Below, piece by piece: positions 63,975 through 64,000 of a stretch of 64,000 nt of DNA (positions within the stretch are counted from its first letter, which is position 1; every line of letters starts with the position of its first letter). A model generated the notes under the pieces. That model made no database searches and was not told the DNA's origin. It worked only from the letters and a program-made list of their open reading frames with translations. Made by a program: the position numbers and the translations under genes. Origin of the DNA: Acidobacteriota bacterium. Lineage in GTDB: Bacteria; Acidobacteriota; UBA890; WLXD01. Location of the stretch: assembly GCA_965248695.1 (NCBI GenBank), contig CBDFKD010000002.1:4800001-4864000 (forward strand), read 5' to 3'.

Positions 63975-64000
63975 GCTCACGATTCCCTGGAGGGGCAGAG

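Overview
A GC-rich bacterial chromosome segment that is densely coding and mostly housekeeping, with about 65 CDS. It is probably from the Acidobacteriota, inferred from the CRTAC1/ASPIC protein, the AroD-AroE fusion, the three-pentamer microcompartment locus and the Kdo/LapB genes. Main blocks: CocE-like hydrolase, CRTAC1 protein, secreted kinase-fold protein, lone pseudopilin, FabF-like ketosynthase with a large insertion; ftsB-eno-metB; agmatinase-CDF-MoeB-aroDE; trpEGDCFBA-chorismate mutase-DAHP synthase behind a Trp/Tyr-rich leader peptide; bioY-sucCD; M16 peptidase pair-Nif3-GNAT-OSBS/NSAR; PMM-manC-DegT; glyQS-nth-metG; lolA-ispB; kdsB-pyrG-kdsA-kdsD-kdsC-lapB-queD; coaE-folD next to a minimal microcompartment locus; nrdR-cca-thiL-tgt-yajC. 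The most unexpected signal is non-coding. The motif CAGGCCACTAG occurs 7 times exactly and once with one mismatch, always at gene boundaries and always on the + strand. It often uses a stop codon as its CTAG and forms the conserved arm of a degenerate 25-bp palindrome. There is also a 175-bp CTAG-bounded MITE. I saw no transposase, tRNA, rRNA or true CRISPR array. All calls come from motif recognition by eye, with no database searches.
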